Origin: Leptolyngbyaceae cyanobacterium
GTDB taxonomy: Bacteria > Cyanobacteriota > Cyanobacteriia > Phormidesmidales > Phormidesmidaceae
Reading direction: 5' to 3'
Assembly: GCA_965263355.1 (NCBI GenBank)
Contig: CBDHHL010000056.1
Coordinates: forward strand, 192,001-256,000
DNA: 64,000 nucleotides
In this document: positions 1 to 10,413 of the stretch, piece after piece
How positions within the stretch are numbered: the stretch's first letter is position 1
Layout of the letters: every line of letters starts with the position of its first letter
The notes under the pieces: model-generated
The model's database searches: none
What the model saw: only the letters and a program-made list of their open reading frames with translations
What the model was told of the DNA's origin: nothing
Translations under genes and position numbers: made by a program

Positions 1-1623
1 TTCTGCATTGGTACCTTCCAGGCTGCCCATCCGCTGAGAGAACAGAGTCATCAAATCTTCCATTTGATCCAGACGTGAGTTCATAGTATTACGCTGGATA
101 ATTAGTTCGCCAAATAGGTCATTCAGCTGATTTAACAGCTTTATGGGAACTCGAACTGTATTCTCTTGAATATCTTGATTTTTGTTCGCAGGAGCTTCTA
201 CGGGTTCAACCAGGATTTCTACAAATTCTTCTGACTCCTCTTCTGCTGGTGACGATTGGAACGTTGAGGAAAAATCAATCTGCGATTCTAGATCTATTTT
301 CTCATTTTTAGTTGAAAAAATAGGTTCTGGCTCTGGGGCAGTTGTCGGTTCATCAAACTGAAATTCAGTTGGATCAAAGCTTTCAATTGCAGCCTCAATG
401 CCGACTAAATCAATATCATTAAGAATATTTGTAGTGCTATCCGGTATAGCATTTACAGTACTGTTATTAATATGATTACCTGTAGTCTCAATTTTATCTG
501 AGCTACTTATATTAGAGAAACCTTGATTAATAGTCTCATCAGGATCCATAGAGGAGACCTGCTTAAAGAAAGCATCGTCTGAGATTTCAGTGGACTCATT
601 AATTGCCTCAGAGACCTCTTCAAGCTTTAAGACTTCTTCAGCTGTTTCAATTGCCTCGTCAGGTTCAACTGTTCTTGGTTCATCGATAACAACATTGGTA
701 ACAGCTTCAATATCATCTTCCAAATCTAAAGTCTCAAATTCGGAAATTTCTATTTCGGAGTCTTCTATATCCAGGAATGTTTCTGAACCGACAAATTCTA
801 AGGACTCGTTTGCAAATAATTTAGCAACATCCGAGATCTCAGTTGAAGCAAAGTTTGTCTCTAGCTGCGTTGGCAATTTATCAAGTTTACCAACCATTAC
901 CAGTGCCTGGGACCGTTGCCAGAGTTCTAGAGCCTGATAGGCAAGGGGTTCAACCTGGTCTGAGGAGGCCGTCATTAGCTGTTGGTTGATCGAGGCACAT
1001 AGACTAGTAAATGCATCGATCTGGAGCATTTTACCCAGATCGTGCAATTCCTCCACCATTATCTCTAACTCTTCTCGCAGACAAGGAGAACCTGGGGCTT
1101 CTAATACCGATGACAGTCGGTTCAGTAGCTCTTCCACTTCAGTGCCAAACATGACAACAGCTGTGTTATCATCAGATTCTTCAGCGAGCAGAGCGAGTTC
1201 ATCACTGGGTTGTACTTCACCTAAACGATCACGCAACTTCTCGAAACTAGGATAGGCATGGCTAGTTAGCCATGCTTCTGTAATTGGCTCTGCCTGACGA
1301 TGGAGTGAGCTGATCTGGCGCATGCTATCCAGACCTTTCAACAGATGTATTTCCAGTGCAGCATCCACCTGGACAGAACCTCGACGAACCCTGATAATTT
1401 TTAAGGAATCTTCGAATTGGTGTGCCAGCTGGCTCATTGATGGACATTCGATCATCGAACCGATGCCCTTAATCGTATGGGCTGCCCGCAGTGCGGCGTC
1501 CATTTTCTGCGGATCTACCCCAGTTTCAGCAAGCCCAATTAATACTGATTCAATAGTATTGAGATATTCATCAACTTCATCTAGAAAGTTGAGCCAGACC
1601 TCACGATCTGCTTCATGTGACAT
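1..1623 (-). CDS. cheA: CheA-like chemotaxis histidine kinase (PixL/Tax-type), 5' part; runs off the left edge
   Basis: Not in the ORF track. ATG at 1623 translates to MSHEADREVWLNFLDEVDEYLNTIE...ALRAAHTIKG (HPt motif). An acidic linker follows, then ENTVRVPIKLLNQLNDLFGELII (CheA dimerisation domain) near the edge. Follows the MCP in the operon. Confidence 0.92.
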   Translation of the reverse strand, partial: MSHEADREVWLNFLDEVDEYLNTIESVLIGLAETGVDPQKMDAALRAAHTIKGIGSMIECPSMSQLAHQFEDSLKIIRVRRGSVQVDAALEIHLLKGLDSMRQISSLHRQAEPITEAWLTSHAYPSFEKLRDRLGEVQPSDELALLAEESDDNTAVVMFGTEVEELLNRLSSVLEAPGSPCLREELEIMVEELHDLGKMLQIDAFTSLCASINQQLMTASSDQVEPLAYQALELWQRSQALVMVGKLDKLPTQLETNFASTEISDVAKLFANESLEFVGSETFLDIEDSEIEISEFETLDLEDDIEAVTNVVIDEPRTVEPDEAIETAEEVLKLEEVSEAINESTEISDDAFFKQVSSMDPDETINQGFSNISSSDKIETTGNHINNSTVNAIPDSTTNILNDIDLVGIEAAIESFDPTEFQFDEPTTAPEPEPIFSTKNEKIDLESQIDFSSTFQSSPAEEESEEFVEILVEPVEAPANKNQDIQENTVRVPIKLLNQLNDLFGELIIQRNTMNSRLDQMEDLMTLFSQRMGSLEGTNAE

Positions 1624-1739
1624 GGTTTTAATTTAATAGAGCAGCACTAGTTTTGAGATAGGAGATAATGGCTATTGTGGTGTTGTTGAGTTCAGAGACA
1701 GATTAACCTAAGCCGATCTCTGAACTCTACGACAACTTG

Positions 1740-4055
1740 CTATGCTTCTGTTTTAACCTTAAACTGGTCAACAGTAGATTCTAACTCGCGGGCAACTTCT
1801 ACAGTGTTCTGAAGTGTTTCAGCTACTTCACGAGAAGCATCTGACGTGCGTTTAGAGGCTTTCGTAATCTGCTGCATCAGTTGGGTGACTGTCTGAGATG
1901 TTTCAGCCTGTGAAACGGTTGCTTTAGAAATTGACTGTAGCAATTGATCAATTTGCTGCGATACTTCCACAATCTGCCCTAAACCTTCCTTAGTTTCCTG
2001 TACTAGTTGAGTACCTTCTACCACCTGAGTAGTACCCCGTTCCATGGCTTCTACCACGTCTCGGGTACCCATCTGAATGTTTTTCACAATCTGCTCAATC
2101 TCTTTGGTCGCTGCCGCTGATTGTTCTGCCAGCTGACCAACCTCACTGGCAACTACCGCGAAACCTTGACCTTCTTCACCAGCGTGGGCTGCCTCAATAC
2201 TGGCGTTCACCGCTAGCAGGTTTGTTTTCATCGCAATTTCGTTAATTAGCGAAACCACCTGAGAAATTTGCTGGGAAGATTCACCCAGCTGTTTTACTTT
2301 CTTACCGGTTTCTGCCACAGTAGACCGCAGGTCTAGAATACTGTCTACTGTGCGGTCCATAGCAGTTCCACTGTTTTGAGCAGCATTAGAGGCAACCTGC
2401 GCAACTTGGGCAGCCTGACGAGCATTGTCAGCCACTTCCTGAATGGAGTGTGACATCTGCTCCACGGAGTTGAGAGTGTTGGTAATTTCATCCATCTGAG
2501 CCAGAGCTTCATCCGCCAGTTGGCGAATCGCCCCCTCACTCTGATCAATGGACGAATTTACCTGTCCAGTTGCCTGTTTTACCTGAACCACGATAGATCG
2601 CAGGTTTTCAATAATGGCATTGAAGACGTCACCGATAATACCAATCTCACCTGCAGTTAGCTCTGTACGTACCGTTAGGTTACCATTAGAGGCTTCTTCC
2701 ATCTCGTTCAGAAGCTGTACTAACTCACGCTGCAAAACCTCATTTCGTTTCCGTTCTTCTTCAGCTCGCTCCACCTGGGCTTGGGCAGAAATCTGTTGTT
2801 GTACTGATTCTTCCTGCTTGACCAATAGAGTCTGAATCTGTGATGCCATCAGATTGATGTTAGAACCCAACTGGGCAATCTCATCGTTTCCTTGGGTCGT
2901 AATTCGAGTTCTGAAGTCCCCTTCTCCTAAACGTTTTACTGATTCAGTAATCTGCAAAATCGGTAGGGTAGTCCGAGTTGCGACCAGGGTAGCAATGGCA
3001 GCGACAAGTAGAACGGTAATACCAGTACCTACAAGTACTGTGTTCAACAACTGTCGTGATGCAGCAAATGCTGTAGCTGTATCAATTAAACTAACTACGC
3101 TCCAGTTTAGCTGAGGGCTATTAGCATCATGAACAATCGGGGCATAGGCTGTAAGTTGACTATCTAAAATGTCAATCTGAGGTTCTCTGCCCTGCAGCCA
3201 GTCACTAGAGAGATCGTTCAGGACTGGGTTAGGTTCAGCTTCATCAGTATTGGTTAAGAAAATCTGCTCATTAGCATCAATCAGTGCCACTTCAGTATTA
3301 GTTACTGCAAATGCACTAACACGTCGCTTGAGTTCTTCAACGTCAAGACGTACACGGATCATATAGAGCATTTCACCGGTTTTACTATCAAAGATTGGGG
3401 CTGCTCCAATCAATGCAAATGTTAGGTTCCCCGCCCTGGGTGCCCGTGGCTGTACCCAAGTAATATCATTGCTCGCTACAATATCCTGAAACCAATCGTT
3501 TTGACTAACGTTTGATGGAATACCATCAGGGTTACTAACAGCAACAGGATTACCCTTAAGGTCTACCACTGCAATATCTTCGTAAAGCGGTGATCTCTCA
3601 ACTAGATCTTGTAGAAAAGCATTGCGATCAGCCGCTGTTGTTGCTTCACGCACTTTAGAATCCGCAAACATGCTCAACTGAGAAAACGTTCTCAAGTCTT
3701 GGAAACGAGCATTCATAAATTCTGCGGTAAAGTTTGCAATATCCGATGTTGCTGCCTGGCGGGCCTCCTCTACCTGGACTGTCACCCGGTCCTGTACAAA
3801 GGTATAACCCAAACCACCAACAATAGCGACCGGGGCTACCCCCAATGACAGCGCCAAGGCAAGTACCTTGGTTTTTAGTGTTAACTTTTGCCAAAAACCT
3901 GTGGAAGAATTTTGAGTAGCAGCAGGCTGATTATCATACTGCCGGTTACCCGTGACCATGGGCGAATAGCCAGAGGAACCCATGCTGTCTGGTAGGTTGC
4001 CATTACCAGTTGCAATATTATTTAGCTGTGATGGAAATTCTGTATTGGGGGTCAT
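1740..4055 (-). CDS. Methyl-accepting chemotaxis protein (TM-dCache-like-TM-HAMP-HAMP-MA)
   Basis: MA signature IAMKTNLLAVNASIEAAHAGEEGQGFAVVASEVGQLA; HAMP GNDEIAQLGSNINLMA; two TM helices around a periplasmic Cache-like domain. Confidence 0.95.
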   Translation of the reverse strand: MTPNTEFPSQLNNIATGNGNLPDSMGSSGYSPMVTGNRQYDNQPAATQNSSTGFWQKLTLKTKVLALALSLGVAPVAIVGGLGYTFVQDRVTVQVEEARQAATSDIANFTAEFMNARFQDLRTFSQLSMFADSKVREATTAADRNAFLQDLVERSPLYEDIAVVDLKGNPVAVSNPDGIPSNVSQNDWFQDIVASNDITWVQPRAPRAGNLTFALIGAAPIFDSKTGEMLYMIRVRLDVEELKRRVSAFAVTNTEVALIDANEQIFLTNTDEAEPNPVLNDLSSDWLQGREPQIDILDSQLTAYAPIVHDANSPQLNWSVVSLIDTATAFAASRQLLNTVLVGTGITVLLVAAIATLVATRTTLPILQITESVKRLGEGDFRTRITTQGNDEIAQLGSNINLMASQIQTLLVKQEESVQQQISAQAQVERAEEERKRNEVLQRELVQLLNEMEEASNGNLTVRTELTAGEIGIIGDVFNAIIENLRSIVVQVKQATGQVNSSIDQSEGAIRQLADEALAQMDEITNTLNSVEQMSHSIQEVADNARQAAQVAQVASNAAQNSGTAMDRTVDSILDLRSTVAETGKKVKQLGESSQQISQVVSLINEIAMKTNLLAVNASIEAAHAGEEGQGFAVVASEVGQLAEQSAAATKEIEQIVKNIQMGTRDVVEAMERGTTQVVEGTQLVQETKEGLGQIVEVSQQIDQLLQSISKATVSQAETSQTVTQLMQQITKASKRTSDASREVAETLQNTVEVARELESTVDQFKVKTEA

Positions 4056-4158
4056 CGTTGTTAGTTTTTAGATTAGGAGTGGATAGAAGGCGCTGTGAGA
4101 ATAATGTGCTTAAGGAACTCCTCAACGAAAGGAGCCCCTTAACTGCTAAAGGAAATAC

Positions 4159-4701
4159 TTAACTACTTTGCAAAATCGGAGAACGGGCAATCGCTTCAGC
4201 ATCCAAGACCAGTAGCATTTCGTTTTGTTGAAGTAAGCATCCACGCAAACAAGGCATAAGACCCGGCGCAAAATGGCCTTTGGGTGTTTGAATCAACTCT
4301 GGTGAAAAGCGAACTACACCTCGCATGGTTGGCACAATCAATCCTAGAAGAGCCTGGTTATGAGCTGTTGATACGAGCATATTCTGTTGTTGCGATATCT
4401 GAGCAACCCGAATAATCACAACGTTATAATTACGAATATTGGAGGGAAGCGGTGTGGCTAGTAACATGTGCGCTAAATCGACTAGCCACATAACTCGACT
4501 GCGTCGAGTTGACAGTCCCAACACACAGGGCGGCATGTTTGGCATCGGCGTAATTTGCTGTGCCGACAAAACAATTACCTCCTGGACTTGACTCATTGAA
4601 AAAAGTGCGGGTGTCTGCTCATTGAGTTGAAAACTCAAACAAGCTGTACCAGAAGTTCCCTCTGACTGTATTTGTCGATGGGCTAGGACTGATGCATTCA
4701 T
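4159..4701 (-). CDS. cheW: CheW coupling protein
   Basis: VQEVIVLSAQQITPMPNMPPCVLGLSTRRSRVMWLVDL motif; operon context. Confidence 0.92.
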   Translation of the reverse strand: MNASVLAHRQIQSEGTSGTACLSFQLNEQTPALFSMSQVQEVIVLSAQQITPMPNMPPCVLGLSTRRSRVMWLVDLAHMLLATPLPSNIRNYNVVIIRVAQISQQQNMLVSTAHNQALLGLIVPTMRGVVRFSPELIQTPKGHFAPGLMPCLRGCLLQQNEMLLVLDAEAIARSPILQSS

Positions 4702-5063
4702 TGACTTAAGCTATACCGAACAGCATTAACAAGTTGGTCTTCGGTGAAGGGTTTAGTGACATATACATTGATCCCTTGTTTCATAGCCCAAAGGCGATCA
4801 ATTTCACCTGATTTGGAAGTACATGCCACAATAGGTACCTTTTGAGTAGCGGGATTTTTCTTGAGATTGCGGCACATTTCAAGGCCATTCATCCCAGGCA
4901 TCACCAAGTCTGTAACAATTACATTGGGCTGATACTCGATTGCCTTACTCAAGGCTTCTTTTGCATCAGTGGCTACAATTACTGTATACCCACCTTTTCT
5001 TAGGTAACTGCTGATGAGTTCCAGTTCATTAATAGAATCATCGACAACTAAGATTTTGGTCAC
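4698..5063 (-). CDS. cheY: CheY-like single-domain response regulator (PixH/PilH type)
   Basis: KILVVDDS, TDLVMPGMNG, YVTKPF; GTG start preceded by GAGGTG. Confidence 0.93.
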   Translation of the reverse strand: MTKILVVDDSINELELISSYLRKGGYTVIVATDAKEALSKAIEYQPNVIVTDLVMPGMNGLEMCRNLKKNPATQKVPIVACTSKSGEIDRLWAMKQGINVYVTKPFTEDQLVNAVRYSLSQ

Positions 5064-5175
5064 TTTTATTCACCTCAAAAGCTTTTTTGGATTTTTTTTG
5101 GGAAAATCAAATCTACAAAAGACATCCAGACAAGTAGTTTCTCACTTTAAAAAAGACTATACATTCTAGTATCTT

Positions 5176-6474
5176 TCAAGATAAGTTTCTAGATATCACA
5201 TCTAGCAAGCTAGCTCTATTAAAAGGTTTCTCCAAGTAATCTGTAGCACCCACTAATTTAGCCCTTGTCTTGTTGATGATCCCTTTCTTGCCTGTTACCA
5301 TTACAACTGGTATATTTTCAAATCCGGGAAGACGCCTCAACATTCTACACAATTCATATCCACTTATTGTTGGCATTGTTAGGTCCAATAAAATAATATC
5401 TGGCTTGAGTCTTTTTAGTTGGAATGTGGCCTTAATTGGCTCAAGAAATTTAAAAACTGAGAAATCTTCTTCACCTAAAAATCGTTCAATTTGATCCAGT
5501 GTATTGGGGCTATCATCAACACATGCAACTACAGGTCGAGTTTTCTGTCTCTTATTAGAAGTAGATAAATAAGGTGTTGAGAAGCCTTTATTTAAGGTAT
5601 CTGTTTTAATAGTGTCTAATCCTTGTGCCCTTTTAGGAGAAGCATTCTCAAGCCCAGTCAATCTATCAAATGGTGACTCTGGGGCCCGTAAAATAATAGA
5701 TTTATTATCGATATAAGGATGTAGAAATTTTGCAATATCAAGTTCATCCTGTTGTAAAATGGCAGCAATGTGGCGAATGCTATAGCCTCGCAAAATAGTT
5801 CCTAGTTTACTTTTTAACCTAGGCGAAACAGTGTTTGAATTATTAGTATTGAAAAAAGCATCTTGGCTAACTATATAAGGGCGCTGGTGGGGAGAGTTAA
5901 TCAGAGGATTTAGAAGCTTCCAGGTCTTTAGACGTGTTTGACAATTTTCGATAGTAGCTTTAGGGTCAAGCTTAGAAAATACAGGAATTTCAAAAAGCTC
6001 TCTCTCAATTCTTACAGCCCCCCCTGATAAAGATAGAAACGACTCAATTGCTTCCCTTGTTAACTGTTCTATCAGTTCTTGAGCTTGCCAAATCTCCAAA
6101 TATTTTTGCTCAATTAGGTAGCAGATTATCTGATACTCAAAATACTGAGTTGACTGAATATTATCAGATTTTATATTCAATAGCTCGTCAGAGTTTTCCT
6201 CAAGCCAGGAAAATGATTCTTGGCTCATGGTAGCTAATTTTAACTTAAGCCATTTAAGGGAATAAGCAAGGCTTTTTTCTGATGCATGGGATGCATAGTT
6301 CAGTTTGCCATCTCTAAAATAGATCCACCAAGACATTGATTTTGCATCCACTTCTAAGCATCCACTTCCATAGGTATGAACGAAGCTTGCTAGCAAAACT
6401 GGAGGTTGAAAACTCCGAATAGATTTTGGGTTATTTGTGATTCTTGACTTTTGCAAGCTTTTCATAAAGTTCAT
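5176..6474 (-). CDS. PatA-family response regulator (PATAN + C-terminal REC; PixG/PilG type)
   Basis: N-terminal WWIYFRDGKLNYAS, SPHQRPY; C-terminal VACVDDS...LLDLTMP...YLEKPF; first gene of the taxis operon. Confidence 0.9.
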   Translation of the reverse strand: MNFMKSLQKSRITNNPKSIRSFQPPVLLASFVHTYGSGCLEVDAKSMSWWIYFRDGKLNYASHASEKSLAYSLKWLKLKLATMSQESFSWLEENSDELLNIKSDNIQSTQYFEYQIICYLIEQKYLEIWQAQELIEQLTREAIESFLSLSGGAVRIERELFEIPVFSKLDPKATIENCQTRLKTWKLLNPLINSPHQRPYIVSQDAFFNTNNSNTVSPRLKSKLGTILRGYSIRHIAAILQQDELDIAKFLHPYIDNKSIILRAPESPFDRLTGLENASPKRAQGLDTIKTDTLNKGFSTPYLSTSNKRQKTRPVVACVDDSPNTLDQIERFLGEEDFSVFKFLEPIKATFQLKRLKPDIILLDLTMPTISGYELCRMLRRLPGFENIPVVMVTGKKGIINKTRAKLVGATDYLEKPFNRASLLDVISRNLS

Positions 6475-7795
6475 ATCCTTACAATTCCCGCAGGCCTTAA
6501 TCCATTAGTTACGACCTAATGTCAAGTCAAAATTAAATTGACATTGCAACATATCTAAGACTAAAAAGTTTTTTAACTTTCAAGTTCTAGCCCTTAGGCA
6601 ACGCCACATGAATCTATTCTCAAGTAATGGATAAAATACGCTAGATTCAAAAAATCCAAAAATCGCTGCTAATTTATCGAAATTTAGAAAAATATTTGAA
6701 AAACTGGTCTTTAAAGAGTAGTATTCAGTATAGAAATAGCCTTATAAGGCCTATTTCTATGTGACATTTTTAACTTGGATTAAAGGGAAACACAATCAAT
6801 ACAAAAACCTATTCATTATTCGAAACCACTTCTCCGGTAATCTTATTCGAAAATTGAGTAGTGGTTTGATAACATCTTCTAAGGGTTTAGTGAAAAATTA
6901 ATTTTTTGTTATTTAGTTCACTTCGTTGGAAGCTTAAACGATTAAAAACATGAGCTCTACCTGGTTCTCTATGTTAGAGCGTAATGAGAGTACCCAAACT
7001 CTCATAAAAACAATGGTTTTAGGCATCTTAACTGGAAAAAATGTTCATGCTGAACACTAGTATATTAGTTCCTGAAGAGCCAAAAGATGGCTGGCAGAGA
7101 CTGCATTTTGCATGACTCACTATGTTAGGCCTCAACATTGAGGTATGCCATTGAATTAACTCTCTTCATTGAATAACAATCGCAGAACATCAATGCATGA
7201 CAATTAAAAACTGATGTATCACAAAGTACCAGCTGAACAATAACTTCAACTGGGCTAAATCGCTCAGATATAGCAAATTCACAGTGCTACTTGATTCAAA
7301 AATGACCTAATACAATAAGTGAAAGCGCTGAGTAAAAAAAGGTACTACTGGCCCTATCTAAAACATAGATGCATATCTTTTATTCTGTCTGCTGTTACAA
7401 GTATTGTGCTGTGGTAGATATGCCTGACTAATTTAGAGGCAGGTGATGTCAAAGCAAGTAGACAACACTTCTGGAGTAGAGTGTTCCTGTACTTAATAAA
7501 GTATTCTACCAGACTATTGGTTTTCGTATAGACCGAAGTAGATTTATAAATAATTTGTATATTTCGAGATATTGTCTGAATTTGAGGAAAATATCCTGAT
7601 CTAAAAAAAATGATCTGAATACGTACCATCGGTTCTTTATAGTTTTTAGCTTTCGTTCAATCCTGATGTCACAATAGTGTCCTTTGAATTTAAGTCATCC
7701 AGACACAGACTGAAGAAATTGAATTAAGTTATTCTTAAGAGCCAAAGAGATACTCTACTGTGCTATGTCTATCACTTTGAACAAAAATGCATAGA

Positions 7796-8209
7796 CTATT
7801 TTTCTATGATAAATAGATGCTTTGGCTTTTCAACAAAGTCGCTCTTGTTCAAAATGTCTGAAATTGAAATCACACCGAGCAGGCGACCCTGCACCACTGA
7901 AGCACGACGGATTTTTGTATTGGCAAATAAACGCGCTACATACTCCACACCCAAATCTGGCGTTACCACAATACAATGCTTAGTCATGATCTCAAATACA
8001 TGCATTTCTTTTGGATCATGGCCATAGGCCGCTACCTTGTAAACAATATCTGTTTCAGTCACCATGCCATAGGGATCTTCTTCACTGCGGCGATCTACAA
8101 TCAGTGCACGCAAGCCTTTATCTTTCATTAACTCAACGGCTTCGGCCACAGTTGCTGAACCACTGATAGTGATCACATCAGCGGTCATAATATCCTTTGC
8201 CTGCATCAT
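7796..8209 (-). CDS. CBS-domain protein of the CBS-CP12 family, apparently lacking the CP12 tail
   Basis: AKDIMTADVITISGSATVAEAVELMK...GMVTETDIVYKV...PDLGVEYVARLFAN; stops at KPKHLFIIEK. Confidence 0.8.
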   Translation of the reverse strand: MMQAKDIMTADVITISGSATVAEAVELMKDKGLRALIVDRRSEEDPYGMVTETDIVYKVAAYGHDPKEMHVFEIMTKHCIVVTPDLGVEYVARLFANTKIRRASVVQGRLLGVISISDILNKSDFVEKPKHLFIIEK

Positions 8210-8674
8210 AATGACGCTGTCCTCATCTAAACATAAGTAAAAGAGATCCTCTCTTATGTGAGAATCTCCCGATTTTATCCTTTAGTTAACCCTCTAACCC
8301 GTTTGATTTTGTAGAAGTCACTTAGCAGATTAAACGTCGTATTCTCGCTGTTGTAAAACTTCAGGATTATCCATGTAGGCATCATACCCATAGAAATCTT
8401 TCTTAGGTTTCTCGACAAAATCACTCTTACGTAGAATATCTGAAATTGAAATCACAGCAGGTAACGTCTCCTATTCTCTAAAAACCAGCCATGTAGGCTT
8501 CCAGCACCGTGTTACTCTTTGAGCGTGCACCATTGAGTAATCACAATGGCCCAAGCCACAAGACACAATTAAGTTTGTTAGGTTACTAGCAACACTGCTA
8601 CCCAAACACCGATATGCTGAAACCATTGGTTGCCACCTCGGTTTCACAATTGCTACCATCCATTCAAAATCCCT

Positions 8675-9046
8675 ATGTCTACCGAATCTCAAAACAACCC
8701 GATCTGGGAAAGACTAGAACTAGGAAGACGTAGCAAAGCTGCCCAGGGAGGCTACGCTGGCTACGGTTCACCTGCGTTCGGAGAAAAAACAGTCAATGGC
8801 AATTTGGTGGCCGACGAAAAAGAACAGCAAATTATTGAACTGATACGTCGTCACCATAAGTCTGGAAAATCGCTACAGCAAATTGCCAATTGGATGAATA
8901 CCCAAGGTTATAAAACCAAGCGAGGTAAAGAATGGCAACGCATATCGGTCAAACGTGTGTTAGATAGGCTCTACGGAAAGACGCCTAGAATGACGAATGT
9001 TTCCGATAAGCCCGCCCTCAAAGCTGAAGATGAAGCTCAGACATAA
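8675..9046 (+). CDS. Small protein made only of the serine-recombinase C-terminal (Recombinase, DNA-binding) region
   Basis: ERLELGRRSKAAQGGYAGYGSPAFG...EQQIIELIRR...SLQQIANWMNTQGYKTKRGKEWQRISVKRVL; ATG at 8675 preferred over TTG 8630. Confidence 0.8.
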   Translation: MSTESQNNPIWERLELGRRSKAAQGGYAGYGSPAFGEKTVNGNLVADEKEQQIIELIRRHHKSGKSLQQIANWMNTQGYKTKRGKEWQRISVKRVLDRLYGKTPRMTNVSDKPALKAEDEAQT

Positions 9047-9177
9047 CCTAAGCCACTAAAACCTCTTTTATGTCGGCTACCTAATCGGTGTAACGTTACA
9101 TCCCTGACTATATACTTCAGGTTAACCACAGTCCATGTCTGACAAAGTTTTAATCTTATTTAGCCGTTACATCCCTA

Positions 9178-10386
9178 ATGACCGTTGATAAGGCCTTGAA
9201 TTCGACGCCAGTTTCTGTGTCCAACCGTGGTCATTCTGAGGTTGCTGATATTCCCCATGGGACGATGGCGTCATCCGACCTGTTGCAAACGGTCACGCCC
9301 ATGATGGCCGATGCCATTGATCAACAGGTGTTAATAGTATCTCTTGATTGGTCATTAAGTCGGGTGATCGCAACCATGGGAGCTACTAGGACCACCTGTG
9401 GCTTAACTACGGGTAGTTCTAATAGCCGTCATGCAAGCTGCGCCTTGATCGTAGAAGACGATCAAGTGGTTGGTATTTTTACTGAACGCGATATTGTCAA
9501 ACTGACGGCAAAAGGTAAGGATTTAAGCGCCCTGGCTGTAGCTGATGTGATGACGTCACCGGTCAAGACGTTACAGCGGTCTGCCGTTCAAGATATTTTT
9601 GCAGTCTTATTTTTATTTCGTCGCTATCGGATTCGACATTTGCCCATTGTGGATGAGTTCAACCGCCCCATCGGAATTGTGACCCAAGATAGTATTCGAA
9701 GGGTATTACGTCCTGCCAATTTGCTCAAAATGCGGCGGGTTGCCGATGTGATGTCAACCAGCGTAATTCATGCATCGCCAACAGCGCCGATCATGCAGTT
9801 AGCGCAGCAGATGGCAGACCATCGGGTCAGTTGTATTGTCATTGTCGAAGTGGACAGTCAGGCTACGACCAGCGGTGAGCTGCGGGCGTTTATGCCCATG
9901 GGCATTGTGACTGAGCGCGATATTGTTCAGTTTCAGGCTCTGGAATTAAATCTGCAGCGGTTGACGGCTCAGGATGTGATGAGCACACCCCTGTTTTTAT
10001 TGGAACCGACTGATTCTTTATGGACGGCCCACCAAGAAATGCAAACACGTCGGGTAAGGCGTCTGGTGGTGTCTTGGAACTGGGGGAGTGGTTTGGGGAT
10101 TGTGACGCAAACTAGTCTGCTGAAGGTTTTTGACCCGATTGAGATGTACGGCATCATTGAAAGTATGCAGCAAACGCTCAACCAGATTGGGGATGGCTCC
10201 CCCACGCCCGCAACGTCGCAAAAGCCAACACCAGTCACCGACCGGGTCACAGATTTGCTATTTGATATTGAAACAAAGCTGCTTGGGCTATCAAATGAGG
10301 GCAGCCCAACAACGGAAAAGCATCAGCAACTGGTGCGGGGGGCATTAAAGTCGCTACAGCAGGTGCAGGCAATAGTCAGCAGCTGA
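9178..10386 (+). CDS. Four-CBS-domain protein
   Basis: Repeated GIFTERDIV / GIVTQDSI / GIVTERDIV / GIVTQTSL and VADVM motifs. Confidence 0.88.
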   Translation: MTVDKALNSTPVSVSNRGHSEVADIPHGTMASSDLLQTVTPMMADAIDQQVLIVSLDWSLSRVIATMGATRTTCGLTTGSSNSRHASCALIVEDDQVVGIFTERDIVKLTAKGKDLSALAVADVMTSPVKTLQRSAVQDIFAVLFLFRRYRIRHLPIVDEFNRPIGIVTQDSIRRVLRPANLLKMRRVADVMSTSVIHASPTAPIMQLAQQMADHRVSCIVIVEVDSQATTSGELRAFMPMGIVTERDIVQFQALELNLQRLTAQDVMSTPLFLLEPTDSLWTAHQEMQTRRVRRLVVSWNWGSGLGIVTQTSLLKVFDPIEMYGIIESMQQTLNQIGDGSPTPATSQKPTPVTDRVTDLLFDIETKLLGLSNEGSPTTEKHQQLVRGALKSLQQVQAIVSS

Positions 10387-10413
10387 TAGTTATCAACTAT
10401 TCATTCTCAATTA

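Noticed and set aside
590..1636. Three + strand ORFs (590-937, 986-1255, 1322-1636)
   Set aside because: Ser-rich antisense shadows of the cheA frame on the minus strand.
7354..7629. 91-aa minus-strand ORF in the AT-rich spacer
   Set aside because: No recognisable motif or RBS; composition fits non-coding AT-rich DNA.
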